Below, piece by piece: positions 18,301 through 25,262 of a stretch of 41,974 nucleotides of DNA. A program made the translations under genes and the position numbers. The stretch covers positions 1 to 41,974 of the forward strand of contig JAVVEA010000023.1 in the NCBI GenBank assembly GCA_032250835.1, written 5' to 3'. The DNA comes from a bacterium. GTDB taxonomy: Bacteria; SAR324; XYD2-FULL-50-16. How positions within the stretch are numbered: position 1 is the first letter of the stretch; the number at the start of each line of letters is the position of its first letter. The notes beneath the pieces are model-generated. The model was given only the letters and a program-made list of their open reading frames with translations. It ran no database searches and had not been told where the DNA came from.

Positions 18301-18331
18301 TGTATTCGGAACCAGAAACCAACTTGGTCAT
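12314..18331 (-). CDS. Hybrid Ser/Thr-kinase-like / AAA-like / GAF / histidine kinase / REC / PAS-like / ChiS-type DNA-binding domain protein
   Basis: Kinase C-lobe YHSPE...RSDLYALG; QGNPL and FRFVH (STYK-AAA family); GAF GVLYLENN; H-box SHELRTPL, NLVGNAIKF, DQGIG, GTGLGL; REC LILLDLMLP; C-terminal YW...KVEFAEES.IW...RTRTLDRYL...P..PRWRDVL. Confidence 0.9.
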   Translation of the reverse strand: MTKLVSGSEYKLIEELHLGFRYRVTLASNPEGEQLVLKQALDLNADPQILARLRQEFYLSEQLRGPRFVRALGLEMLEGRLTLTLQAFNGQSLDRLYEGQALERGLFLSIARQTAEALEALHQLRLLYRNLEMGHVLYHPQSDQLKLIGLCKAAEPEQFEGPLEAPMGDPALIYHSPELLGLIPRSLDLRSDLYALGVLLYRLLLGQCPFAGLEGIEVMYSKTGNPPPPPIQRFPQTDPQLSAVVDRLIKIDPNERYQSCKGLLADLSALEAGESFQIGAADRPVQLHFPEPAHIQRKSRRDLVHRLERGVGKPGQLIWIEGSTGRSMERFVESLAPVIRQRGWLLIHDELNHGGLAAILGRGLSAWLRQLLWEPDQQIQTWRRLILEQMGPVPQVLVDFAPEIRHLAPVAPGATTGLASALSQLLRLMTQQYGLVVLSLGDLQWLQDPDLPLLESLLEQLPTSAALLATHDSGPAATRLFQRLSTFVKADYQRLEPLDSAQTQRWTEQTLGTPPDQTVPLAKLLWETSQGNPLLLQQILQSLQESGLLQHKPGSGWLWDLELVSQQLQTEGIPLLIERRLEALDPQLRQLLQQIAIMGDPVDLDLLRDLSLLPKPLLRRLLGQAEAMGLMLSYSNSFRFVHPEIRRLLIQQMPTEQAAETHLALAVVLRHRQPRFLHSPLLFEITEHYNHARHLLVFPGERLELARLDLAAGEWAEQAGLLEAAVEAYQAGQLALKDLLEPTTNELAEAVAGNFELAWREIWVLLRLRRMPQAEKQINLLGPGSTEVQEIRIALLALVWAQEMGLTTAVQQALQRGFKALGMDPTEPTPQLTQDNEVQRWAKRFLSEALLTLLSEPGDAALWAAQLILRLGKNQPPGEGQALAQMLLAAQAAQLGQEPQTEVYTLGAKKMADQWGQPRAQLRIELIEWALVRPWTKPFNQCAQELWPRIEQAIALGDQAWAVRGLLWYYALVFEGPRGPLRAAESLKEAQRLAQGQLKAVPKGFESGFLANERSDDPFRGPLFEALTHFLVEQPERAVKALYHAQQNQPALVEPPYIALMAFLQGQLGQSEGQSQLQALAQQFPLNFGEISRQLELTKSLKASSEVGPLEALEESLSRSGRLFYEMLLVEAYAHLSWKQNKPRKARGLYFALLDAARNWGAEVKIREVRHQFAKYFPDHQLPPAPEKSAPEENPRGGLLSALTTIAKEIDPERLMPAMLQIIMEQAGAEKGLLFFIENGQPRLAADLCSVGGQLISEDQSYSAAVLRYVLHTGEDVVLDDALNRGPFIIDHYVQNHQVHSLLAAPFTSGDEVTGVLYLENNRIEAAFGATQMEQLRVLLGQAKISWENARLYRRQQELVEQLKDMDRLKDEFLANTSHELRTPLAGIIGMAEMMAQGGAKGDDQERLQLIIQSGKRLTGLINDILDFSLLKERRLKLQLAPIHLPSLAENILTLCRPLAGKRPVELVNLVPAQLEAVAADENRLQQILYNLVGNAIKFTPKGKVEIRAERQGDQIIVEVADQGIGIEPDQMHNLFELFERGQGRPDSEGTGLGLALTSQLVRLHKGQLEVESKPAEGSLFRFNLPVHQGKAQPLARIVSAQIAPEPTEAPRRSDARGLVLVVEDDLILQRTLSQYLVRSGYDCLSAIDGREALEIIELEPKIDLILLDLMLPEVSGFEVCRQLRQFKGREELPVILLTARAGGDDILEGFNAGANDYLIKPVQAAEMLARVEAQIEVSRSLERKRQNRRLHAEVERRRQVERQLQARQRGLLRFFDQTESPVFALDQKFRLTLANRRAETLMEDPSAPQLMQQLERALKDPQAPQQLTLNPSEPPWALSFEPLAEEQGWLVSLRPPGKSSGELAHLGGLSTLLGHDGASMLREVRNLPPRLDDADLPSVQSKREAMVEIMNLSLRYWSQTTSKGKVEFAEESAIWNSTVDKNGTYRTRTLDRYLKLSKFPANPRWRDVLQTAFYVLQHCPPEAPELFEELSQKLRNLETFLRKD

Positions 18332-18375
18332 AAAAACCCAGGACTGCTGTGTGGCCCACCGTTGAGCGGAATTTG

Positions 18376-18416
18376 ATTATGGTTTAAATAGATCAGGAGT
18401 TCAAACCTAATTCCTG
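18376..18416 (-). promoter_or_regulatory. sigma70-like promoter for the kinase gene, overlapped by an inverted repeat
   Basis: Minus strand TTGAAC (18404-18399)-N17-CATAAT (18381-18376); imperfect IR CAGGAGTT-N7-AATTCCTG at 18394-18416 covers the -35. Confidence 0.5.
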
Positions 18417-18559
18417 TAATAATTGGTTAGAAGGTCCTAGTCCTTGCTAGGGCGAAGCCCAAGGGTTCGGATTGGCGGGAATTTTTGGCAAATTAAATAG
18501 GTTGAGTTTAGCCTGATTTTAGCCGATTTTTGCCGAAAGGGCTTTTGCCAAATAGAGCC

Positions 18560-18772
18560 CAGGTTCGCTAGGGTAAACTTGTTTGATTTCCTCCAAAACC
18601 CTTGAGTTCTAGTCTAAGGACGGATTAGTCCTCAGGGGTTTGCCTAAGCACAGTTGAATGGGTTTTGGGTGAACCTAAAGGGGAAGGAAATCCGCGCCGG
18701 AGTTTAACTCCATTGAAAGAAATTAGAGCCCCTGCGAGCCGCATCCCTTACCGGGGGGTGCGGCTTTTTTTT
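18560..18772 (+). ncRNA. Candidate structured sRNA (5' end uncertain)
   Basis: Long hairpin 18596-18641 with AAGGAC loop, further GGA motifs, ending at a strong + strand intrinsic terminator although both flanking genes are on the minus strand and no convincing + ORF precedes it. Confidence 0.4.
18737..18772 (+). terminator. Rho-independent terminator
   Basis: AGCCGCATCCC-TTACCG-GGGGTGCGGCT stem (one G-U pair) followed by a T8 tract. Confidence 0.8.
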
Positions 18773-18798
18773 GTCTGGAGTTTTTTAGGGAGGGGGAA

Positions 18799-18853
18799 GG
18801 TTTAATGCCGGGGAGGTGCTTTGCAACCTTTGACATCGCCCAGGCATTAAACC
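18799..18853. repeat. Inverted repeat / long hairpin
   Basis: GGTTTAATGCC (18799-18809) pairs perfectly with GGCATTAAACC (18843-18853), with partial inner pairing. Confidence 0.7.
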
Positions 18854-19086
18854 CTAGTCCCGCATATAGCAGGGGCGGAGGCAGAAACCCAAGGGAAGGG
18901 TTGGTCAAAAACGGTCAAAATAGCACCCCGTGTTTTGGGCTGTTTCAGGGAATCCTTTCTATATCAGCTAAATACCCAAAGGTTGGCCCGTTAAACGCAG
19001 GAGGTTCAAAAAGGACAGGAAGCCCATTGAAGCCTAATGCAGAGCCCCAAAGTTCCCTTTAGGGGCTAATTGAACCCGAGAGAAGA

Positions 19087-21348
19087 CTAAAAATCCGAGA
19101 AATCTTCACGCATGGGAATCGCCTCGGTGGGTTTGATCCGCTTGCTGGAACCTTGCTGGGGCAGTTCTGGCGTTGCTTTGATCGGCTCGGCGCGGTGGTG
19201 GCGTTGTAAATCACTGGGCTGGATTTCCAGCCGGGTTGAGCGCCTTGGGCTGGGCGGATTGGCGGGGCCCCGGTTTTCTTGTTGGTGGTCTAGCTTAGCC
19301 CCAACCTGTAGGGCCAAATCGGCGACCAACTGGTGCAGCATCTGTGCTTGAGCGCTAAGTTCTTCCGAGGCGCTGGCCGTCTCTTCGGCGTTGGCGGCGT
19401 TGGACTGGGTGACCTTGTCCATCTGCACCACCGCTTCACTGACTTGGCGGATGCCGTTGGCCTGCTCGCCTGAGGCGGTATTGATGGCCATCACTTCTTC
19501 AGCGGCCTTGTCCATTTTGCGGGACTGGAAGCGCGCCGATTCGGCTAACTCTTCCATTAGTTCTTCCACCTGGCTATTGCGTTCTAAAATTTCCTTTAAG
19601 ACTTGCTGCCCCTGCTGGGCTTGTTCGTGTCCGGCGGTGGCTCGCTTGCCGCTTTCTTTGATCAAGCGGCCTATGTCTTTGGCCGCTGACTTGCTGGATT
19701 CGGCCAATTTGCTCACCTCGTCGGCGACTACCGCAAATCCCTTGCCCTGTTCCCCGGCGCGGGCCGCTTCGATGGCGGCGTTGGTGGCCAACATTTTGGT
19801 TTGGTGGGTGATTTCGTTGATCACCTCCACAATATCGGTGATCTCGTGGCTGGAGCTATTGATTTGATCCATCGCCGCCAGAATATCGCTCATCGCACGG
19901 GCTCCCTTTTCCGCCGCTTCCTTTGCTTGAGCCGCAATCCCCGCCGCATTTTCAGTGTTTTCGGCAGATTGGACCACAATGTCGCGGATCTTTTGGATTT
20001 CCTCTGCGGTGCGGGTCGCCGATTGGGCGTTTTGGTCCGTCTGGCTGGACATCTGCTCCATGCTAGACGAGGTTTCTTCTAAGGACGCTGCCTGTTCGGT
20101 GGCTCCTTCGGAGAGTTGCTGGCTCGACTGGGCAATTTCGTCCGAAGCGGCGGCGACTTGGCGGGCCGAGACGTTGAGGTTTTGGGCGAGGTCTAACAGT
20201 AGACGGGTCAAATAGCGCACAAACCAAATGGCAAAGGCCACCGCACCGACCAAGCCTAGGATCGAAACGGACCAAAGTAAAATCTTTGAAAGATTGACTT
20301 GGCTGTCGATAGACTCGGAGATTTCGGCCGTTTCGGCCTTTTCGTCGCTTGAAATGCCTTCGACCATGGCGTCAATGGTCAAAGCCAAGGATTGAACATG
20401 ACCATTTTGTTCCAGCACCTTCAGCTTAAGTTCCGCCAAGGCATCAAAGGACTCATTGTAGTCCGACAGCGCTTGAATCGCCTTGGTCTTGTCTTGCTGG
20501 TTTAGGCCAGAGCGGGTGATCACCTGCTCTAATTTACCTAGGCTCTGGTCATGCTTTTGCAGATACTTCCGGTCAAAGCGGATCAAAAAGTCCTTCTCGT
20601 TGCGGCGCGTCTCTAGATAAAGCGCCCCGGCACCGGGAAGGTGGATTTGGTCAAAGACCCGGCTCAGCTGGGTTAAATTTGCTGCTGTGGGGCGTCGTTC
20701 GGCGGCGTTGAGGGCATTCAGTAGAGGGCCTTGGTCTTTCGAGGCCACATCGGATTTTTTGATGGCCTGTTCTAAGCGATCAAACAACGCCTTGCCGGGG
20801 CGGTTGGATTTGTAGATATCCAGCAAATAACCTGAAGCCTCGGATAGGTTGTGCTCAGCCAAAGTGACTTCGGCTTGGTGGGCGGCTGTGCGCATCTTTG
20901 CGCGCAGCCCGCTGTTCTCGTCGATACCAATCTCTTCGGTTAGTCGCTGGGTCTCGTCGAGTTCGCTTAAGATGTTGCTCGATAGCATGTTAAGCTGTTG
21001 GTAAGTCGCCACGACGTCTTCTTCAGTGGTCTGGGAGATGATCTGATCGGTAAGCTCGATGGCTTGGCGCACATGCTTGCGGCCCTCTTCGATCACTTCC
21101 TTGTCGGCAGAGCTGAAGTATTGGTGCAGGTGCAACTGCGCCTCAATCAAGTCCGCCCGCACCGTAAAAATGCGGAATTCGTGTTTGATCTGGGGGATTA
21201 ATTGTTTGCGCAGTGCGTGGTCGATAGAGCCCACCTCAAAGATGCCAAACCCCGCAACGAGCACCAGCATCAATAGGGTGAATCCAAACCCACCGGCCAG
21301 TTTTTGGCCCAAAGTGTATTGGCGGTTGTTGATTCCTGAAAGGCTCAT
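19087..21348 (-). CDS. Methyl-accepting chemotaxis protein
   Basis: Two TM segments around a large helical periplasmic domain; hairpin tip [24 protein letters not shown]-terminal DFSDF pentapeptide after a flexible linker. Confidence 0.95.
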   Translation of the reverse strand: MSLSGINNRQYTLGQKLAGGFGFTLLMLVLVAGFGIFEVGSIDHALRKQLIPQIKHEFRIFTVRADLIEAQLHLHQYFSSADKEVIEEGRKHVRQAIELTDQIISQTTEEDVVATYQQLNMLSSNILSELDETQRLTEEIGIDENSGLRAKMRTAAHQAEVTLAEHNLSEASGYLLDIYKSNRPGKALFDRLEQAIKKSDVASKDQGPLLNALNAAERRPTAANLTQLSRVFDQIHLPGAGALYLETRRNEKDFLIRFDRKYLQKHDQSLGKLEQVITRSGLNQQDKTKAIQALSDYNESFDALAELKLKVLEQNGHVQSLALTIDAMVEGISSDEKAETAEISESIDSQVNLSKILLWSVSILGLVGAVAFAIWFVRYLTRLLLDLAQNLNVSARQVAAASDEIAQSSQQLSEGATEQAASLEETSSSMEQMSSQTDQNAQSATRTAEEIQKIRDIVVQSAENTENAAGIAAQAKEAAEKGARAMSDILAAMDQINSSSHEITDIVEVINEITHQTKMLATNAAIEAARAGEQGKGFAVVADEVSKLAESSKSAAKDIGRLIKESGKRATAGHEQAQQGQQVLKEILERNSQVEELMEELAESARFQSRKMDKAAEEVMAINTASGEQANGIRQVSEAVVQMDKVTQSNAANAEETASASEELSAQAQMLHQLVADLALQVGAKLDHQQENRGPANPPSPRRSTRLEIQPSDLQRHHRAEPIKATPELPQQGSSKRIKPTEAIPMREDFSDF

Positions 21349-21540
21349 TTTGGTTCTCCACGCTCATTAATCATGTTGATTCAACCCACCGGAATCATGA
21401 CCCAAAGGGTTGGATTTGTAAACTTAAGCCTGGGAGTTTAGACTCCGCGTCCCAGGTTATGCGGGATTTGTTCCAAGCTGGACAGGCTGACTCATTTGCT
21501 TTTAGAATAGGGACAAAATATCTGCTCAGTATGAGGACAA

Positions 21541-22347
21541 ATGCGCCCTATTTGGAATCCTGTCGATGGACTAGAAATCAGCCACCTTTCGGCTGATGAA
21601 AAAGTCTGGATCACCCGTGCGGTTATCGGGGCCGTGGTCGCCGATGGCGTGATCAGCCCCGGCGAGCGGCCTCACCTAGCTTCTTTGTATCGTCTGGTTA
21701 AAGGCGAGCCCCAGTTAGAGAACCTAGTCGCCGATGCGCTGCTCAAGCGCCAACCGATTGAGTTGTCTCCCCTTAAGTTGGAACCTCAATTGGCGGTGAG
21801 GCTCTATCAAGTTACTTTAGACGTCTGTGCCTCGGACCTAGAACTGCACCCCCATGAGATCACCTACCTGCTCAAATTAGCAGACCTGCTTTCGATTGCT
21901 CCCTTTGAGGCCCGCCGGTTGCTTAAATTTACGCTACAGATGATGCGTATCGAGTACCTATTAAAGATGCGCCCTCTTTTGGGCCTTCCCGAGCGGGCTT
22001 GGCTGGCGACGGCCATCGTGCGTTTGGTCTGGGCTGACGGTGTGGTCGAGGCGCGCGAGACCGAATTCCTTTCGCATTTGTTTCATCTGATCGAAGATGC
22101 CCCCGAGCTGCTTGAGCAGATGCGCAACAGCCCCGCTTCCTTGAGTTTTGAGGCACTTGCGGCACCGCATTTTGGCGAGGAATTTTCAGAGCGCCTGTTG
22201 CAATACCTGATCGAAATGACCATCGAAGGAAACCGCTTAGAGCCCTTTGGGTTGGATGTGGTGCGTGAAGCGGGGGTCCAACTGGGGCGCTCAAAGCAGC
22301 ACATTGAAGAACTGATCGACCAAACCCGCGAGTTTTTGGCCCTTTAG
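21541..22347 (+). CDS. Tandem TerB-like domain protein
   Basis: Internal duplication: EKVWITRAVIGAVVADGVISPGE / ERAWLATAIVRLVWADGVVEARE; ASDLELHPHE half-motif; GAGG RBS. Confidence 0.8.
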   Translation: MRPIWNPVDGLEISHLSADEKVWITRAVIGAVVADGVISPGERPHLASLYRLVKGEPQLENLVADALLKRQPIELSPLKLEPQLAVRLYQVTLDVCASDLELHPHEITYLLKLADLLSIAPFEARRLLKFTLQMMRIEYLLKMRPLLGLPERAWLATAIVRLVWADGVVEARETEFLSHLFHLIEDAPELLEQMRNSPASLSFEALAAPHFGEEFSERLLQYLIEMTIEGNRLEPFGLDVVREAGVQLGRSKQHIEELIDQTREFLAL

Positions 22348-22715
22348 TTTAGCGTGGCGCCGATCAGTTGGTCGAAGGGGGCTGGGAAGCTGGCTTGGCC
22401 CAAAAGAGACATGCCTTGGGCGCGGCCTTCGGGGTCTTCGGCTAACTCTAGGCTCCTAGAACCTTTGGCTAGGCCAATTTGCTGGCCGACACCGTCACTG
22501 CGGCGGTTGGTCCAAGCGTGCACAAAGCCCTGGCCGGCTTTCCAATCGATCACCTGTTCGTCGTAAAGCAACTGATAATGGGCCAAATGGCCCTGGGCAT
22601 CGAGCCAACAAAACAAAAAGACGCCGGGAATTTCGCCGCAGGCCAAGACACGCTTAAAGAGGCCCTTTTGGGCGACTTGCGAACCTTTGCTTTGGATCTC
22701 GTAAAAGGAGGCCAT
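22344..22715 (-). CDS. Hypothetical protein
   Basis: ATG at 22715 preceded by GGGAG; fills the gap, converging with a 4-nt overlap on the TerB gene. Confidence 0.55.
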   Translation of the reverse strand: MASFYEIQSKGSQVAQKGLFKRVLACGEIPGVFLFCWLDAQGHLAHYQLLYDEQVIDWKAGQGFVHAWTNRRSDGVGQQIGLAKGSRSLELAEDPEGRAQGMSLLGQASFPAPFDQLIGATLN

Positions 22716-22789
22716 GCGTACTCCCGCGAAGCTTGTCAAAGGATAACGTTTTTTGGTAACCCTAAGCGAACCTACAGTTCGAAGGACCT

Positions 22790-23482
22790 ATGGACCAATT
22801 TAAGCCCCTCAGCCCACAAGAGGTAGGGCAGTTTTATAAACAAATCACCGAGCATGTGATCAAAACCGGCGGCATCGCCGAGTTGACCTATGTGGCGGGG
22901 TCCAATCAACTGCGGGCCAAACTAACACATCCCACCCGAAAGGGAAACAGCGTCGACGACCTAGGGCGCATCATCTGCAAGGCTACCAAGGAAGTCCTCG
23001 AAGCGGCAACGGGCCTAGAAGTCCATTATTCTCAGACGATCCAACAGGTCCCCAGCGTCCACCTCAAGCCCGATGTGGGCAGCTTTGTTGAATTTTCCGG
23101 TGACTATGCCGGTCTGTTGATCACCAACTTAAGCACCCGCGCGGCTATGGAGATATACCGGGGGCAGATGCTGCACATGGGGCTGGGCGAAGAAGACTTG
23201 GCCACCGAGCACACCTCTGACGAAGTGGTGGACAGCATCGGCGAGTTGATCAACCAAGTGATCGGCAAAGCCCGCTTGATGATCGAACAGAAATACGGGC
23301 TTTCGGCCTACAACAGCCAGCCTAAGGCCATCGCGTTGACCGAATCGGTCACCCTGTCCATCGCCACCCACAAAGACACCGAATACCAACTCCGGAGACT
23401 GAGTTTTAAGGTGAATGGTGCCCCTTTTCAGGTGGAATTGCAGATGGAAAACGTCGATTTCAGGATTGATCCTGAGGTCTAA
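22790..23482 (+). CDS. DUF3334 / CheX-like chemotaxis phosphatase-family protein
   Basis: LKPDVGSFVEFSGDYAGLLITN...TSDEVVDSIGELINQVIG contains the CheC/CheX ExxN motif; AAGGA RBS. Confidence 0.8.
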   Translation: MDQFKPLSPQEVGQFYKQITEHVIKTGGIAELTYVAGSNQLRAKLTHPTRKGNSVDDLGRIICKATKEVLEAATGLEVHYSQTIQQVPSVHLKPDVGSFVEFSGDYAGLLITNLSTRAAMEIYRGQMLHMGLGEEDLATEHTSDEVVDSIGELINQVIGKARLMIEQKYGLSAYNSQPKAIALTESVTLSIATHKDTEYQLRRLSFKVNGAPFQVELQMENVDFRIDPEV

Positions 23483-23507
23483 GGACCGGGTCTGATCCTG
23501 CCTACCT

Positions 23508-24464
23508 ATGAACCTTTCTACCGCAGACCTCAAAGCCCAGGTAATCCGCCCCGGCTCGCTCTTTGACTACGCTGGCCCGCTGGATCAGGAGGGCTTGACT
23601 CGTTTGGGCGGCGATTTGCGCGACCGCCTCAAAGAGCTTGAGGTGCCTTCCGAGCAGATTCTTCGCGTCTTTGCGGTCTTTGTGGAATTAGGGCAAAACA
23701 TCATCCGATACGGTTGGGTTCATCCTGATGAATGGAGGCCCCTGGGGGCTTTGGCTGTTTCGGGCAGCGGTGACCGCTACGAAGTGGTTGGGGGTAATTG
23801 GATCTTGGCCACCCATATTCCTGGCCTGCAAGCCAAATTAGAGCGTTTGAGCCGCCTGGATGAACCTCGGCTCAAAGAACTCTACCAGAGTGAACGCCGC
23901 CGCAACCGGGACCCTAAGATATTAAGCACCGGTTTGGGCCTGCTAGACATGTCGCGCCGCGCTGCAGGGCCCTTGGATTTTCGGTTTGAACCCGCCGCCC
24001 AAGGGGTGGGGCTTTTTTGCTTGGGCTTAAAGGTGGGTCCGCGGATGGATCTCGGGGCGTTGGGCTCGGCTGATCAGATGGAACCTTTGCTGATCGAAGC
24101 GGGCAAATACACCCCTGCGGTGCGCTTTGATCCGGCGCGTCGCTTGCTGGAACTGGTTGGTGAATCTTACCCGGAAAATACAGCCCAGTTTTATGCCCCG
24201 CTCTTCGGCTGGATCGACCGGTTTTTCGCCACCTTGCGTCCCGGCGAGCAGGTGGAGGTGGTGTTGGAAATCTGGTACTTTAATTCTTCTAGTTCCAAGG
24301 CCCTGATGGATCTTTTTGATCGCCTGCTCAAGGGACGTAAGCGAGGATTAGAACTGCGGGTCCGCTGGCGTTATGACCCAGAAAACCAATCAGCCAAAGA
24401 AAATGGCGAAGAGTTTGCTGAAGACTTGACCAGTCTGGATTTCCGTCTGGAATCGAAGCCCTAA
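23508..24464 (+). CDS. SiaB-family kinase (DUF6272) fused to SiaC-family phosphoprotein (DUF1987)
   Basis: N half FVELGQNIIRY...GLGLLDMSR (SiaB-type); C half TPAVRFD...GESYPEN...FY.PL..W...YFNSSSSK...VRWRYD...GEEF (SiaC-type); one uninterrupted frame. Confidence 0.85.
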   Translation: MNLSTADLKAQVIRPGSLFDYAGPLDQEGLTRLGGDLRDRLKELEVPSEQILRVFAVFVELGQNIIRYGWVHPDEWRPLGALAVSGSGDRYEVVGGNWILATHIPGLQAKLERLSRLDEPRLKELYQSERRRNRDPKILSTGLGLLDMSRRAAGPLDFRFEPAAQGVGLFCLGLKVGPRMDLGALGSADQMEPLLIEAGKYTPAVRFDPARRLLELVGESYPENTAQFYAPLFGWIDRFFATLRPGEQVEVVLEIWYFNSSSSKALMDLFDRLLKGRKRGLELRVRWRYDPENQSAKENGEEFAEDLTSLDFRLESKP

Positions 24465-24504
24465 CCTCTGGCCCGGTGGTTGAAACGGCTGTGCCCATGG
24501 CTGT

Positions 24505-25152
24505 TTATGGGCAACGCTCGCCGGCTCGCGTCGCTACGCCCGTCGCCCTCGGCCTGCGGCGGTCATGTTTTCTAACGGGATGTTGGCTGCGCCAACGGTT
24601 TTATGTTGGCAACGCTCGCTGGCTCGCGTCGCTACGCCCGTCGCCCTCGGCCTGCGGCCTCGAAGCTCCTTGGCGACCCCCGTTGGTGAGGCGCTTAGAG
24701 CCCCTAGCCGAAACGTAGCGGCCAAAATGCCACCTGTTCGAGCTTCGAGCGCAGCGAGGGCGAGTTTGGCATTTTAGCGGAGTGAGGCGTAGGGGCTCTT
24801 AGCGGCGAGCCTTTGGGGGCTGGTTTCTTTGTTACTTTCTTTGCCAGCCAAAGAAAGTAATCCCAAAGCTTTTAACCAACCAAGGCTTAGTGCTCCCCAG
24901 AACCTAAAGGGCAAAACCAAAGGCCAAACTAGGCCCGTCGCCCTCGCTTCGATTATACGTCCCTAGGGGGAATCGGCTGCGCCGATGTTTTATATGAGCA
25001 ACACTCGCCGGCTCGCGTCGCTACGCCCGTCGCCCTCGCTTCGCTTATACGTCCCTAGGGGGAATCGGCTGCGCCGATGTTTTATGTGGGCAACGCTCGC
25101 CGGCTCGCGTCGCTACGCCCGTCGCCCTCGCTTCGCTCGAAGCTCCTTGGCG
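24505..25152. repeat. Composite REP/BIME/MITE-like structured repeat region
   Basis: 41-bp core GCAACGCTCGCCGGCTCGCGTCGCTACGCCCGTCGCCCTCG at 24511, 24609, 24998 and 25090 (0-1 mismatch), plus a partial copy at 24933; periods of 98 and 92 bp; both clusters end in CTCGAAGCTCCTTGGCG; nested IRs at 24697-24799 and a 12-bp hairpin at 24832-24860 lie between them. Confidence 0.9.
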
Positions 25153-25262
25153 TGGTTGCCAAAGGGGATTTTTATGGTTAGGCTTTTAGACACCAAAGGA
25201 TTATTTTTTTCTCTTTTGAGGCCCCAGGCACCACAAGAGACCCCTCAAAGCAAAAGGCATTT

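Noticed and set aside
18470-18550. sigma-54 promoter (several TGGC and TTGC words)
   Set aside because: None gives the required GG-N10-GC spacing on inspection.
18723-19062. ORFs 18723-18908 (-) and 18805-19062 (+)
   Set aside because: They run through terminator/hairpin sequence and have low-information composition; no supporting motif.
24505-25152. CRISPR array interpretation of the 41-bp repeats with ~51-57-bp gaps
   Set aside because: The spacers in the right cluster are near-identical, spacers in both clusters share hairpins, the array is interrupted by ~350 bp, and there are no cas genes or leader.
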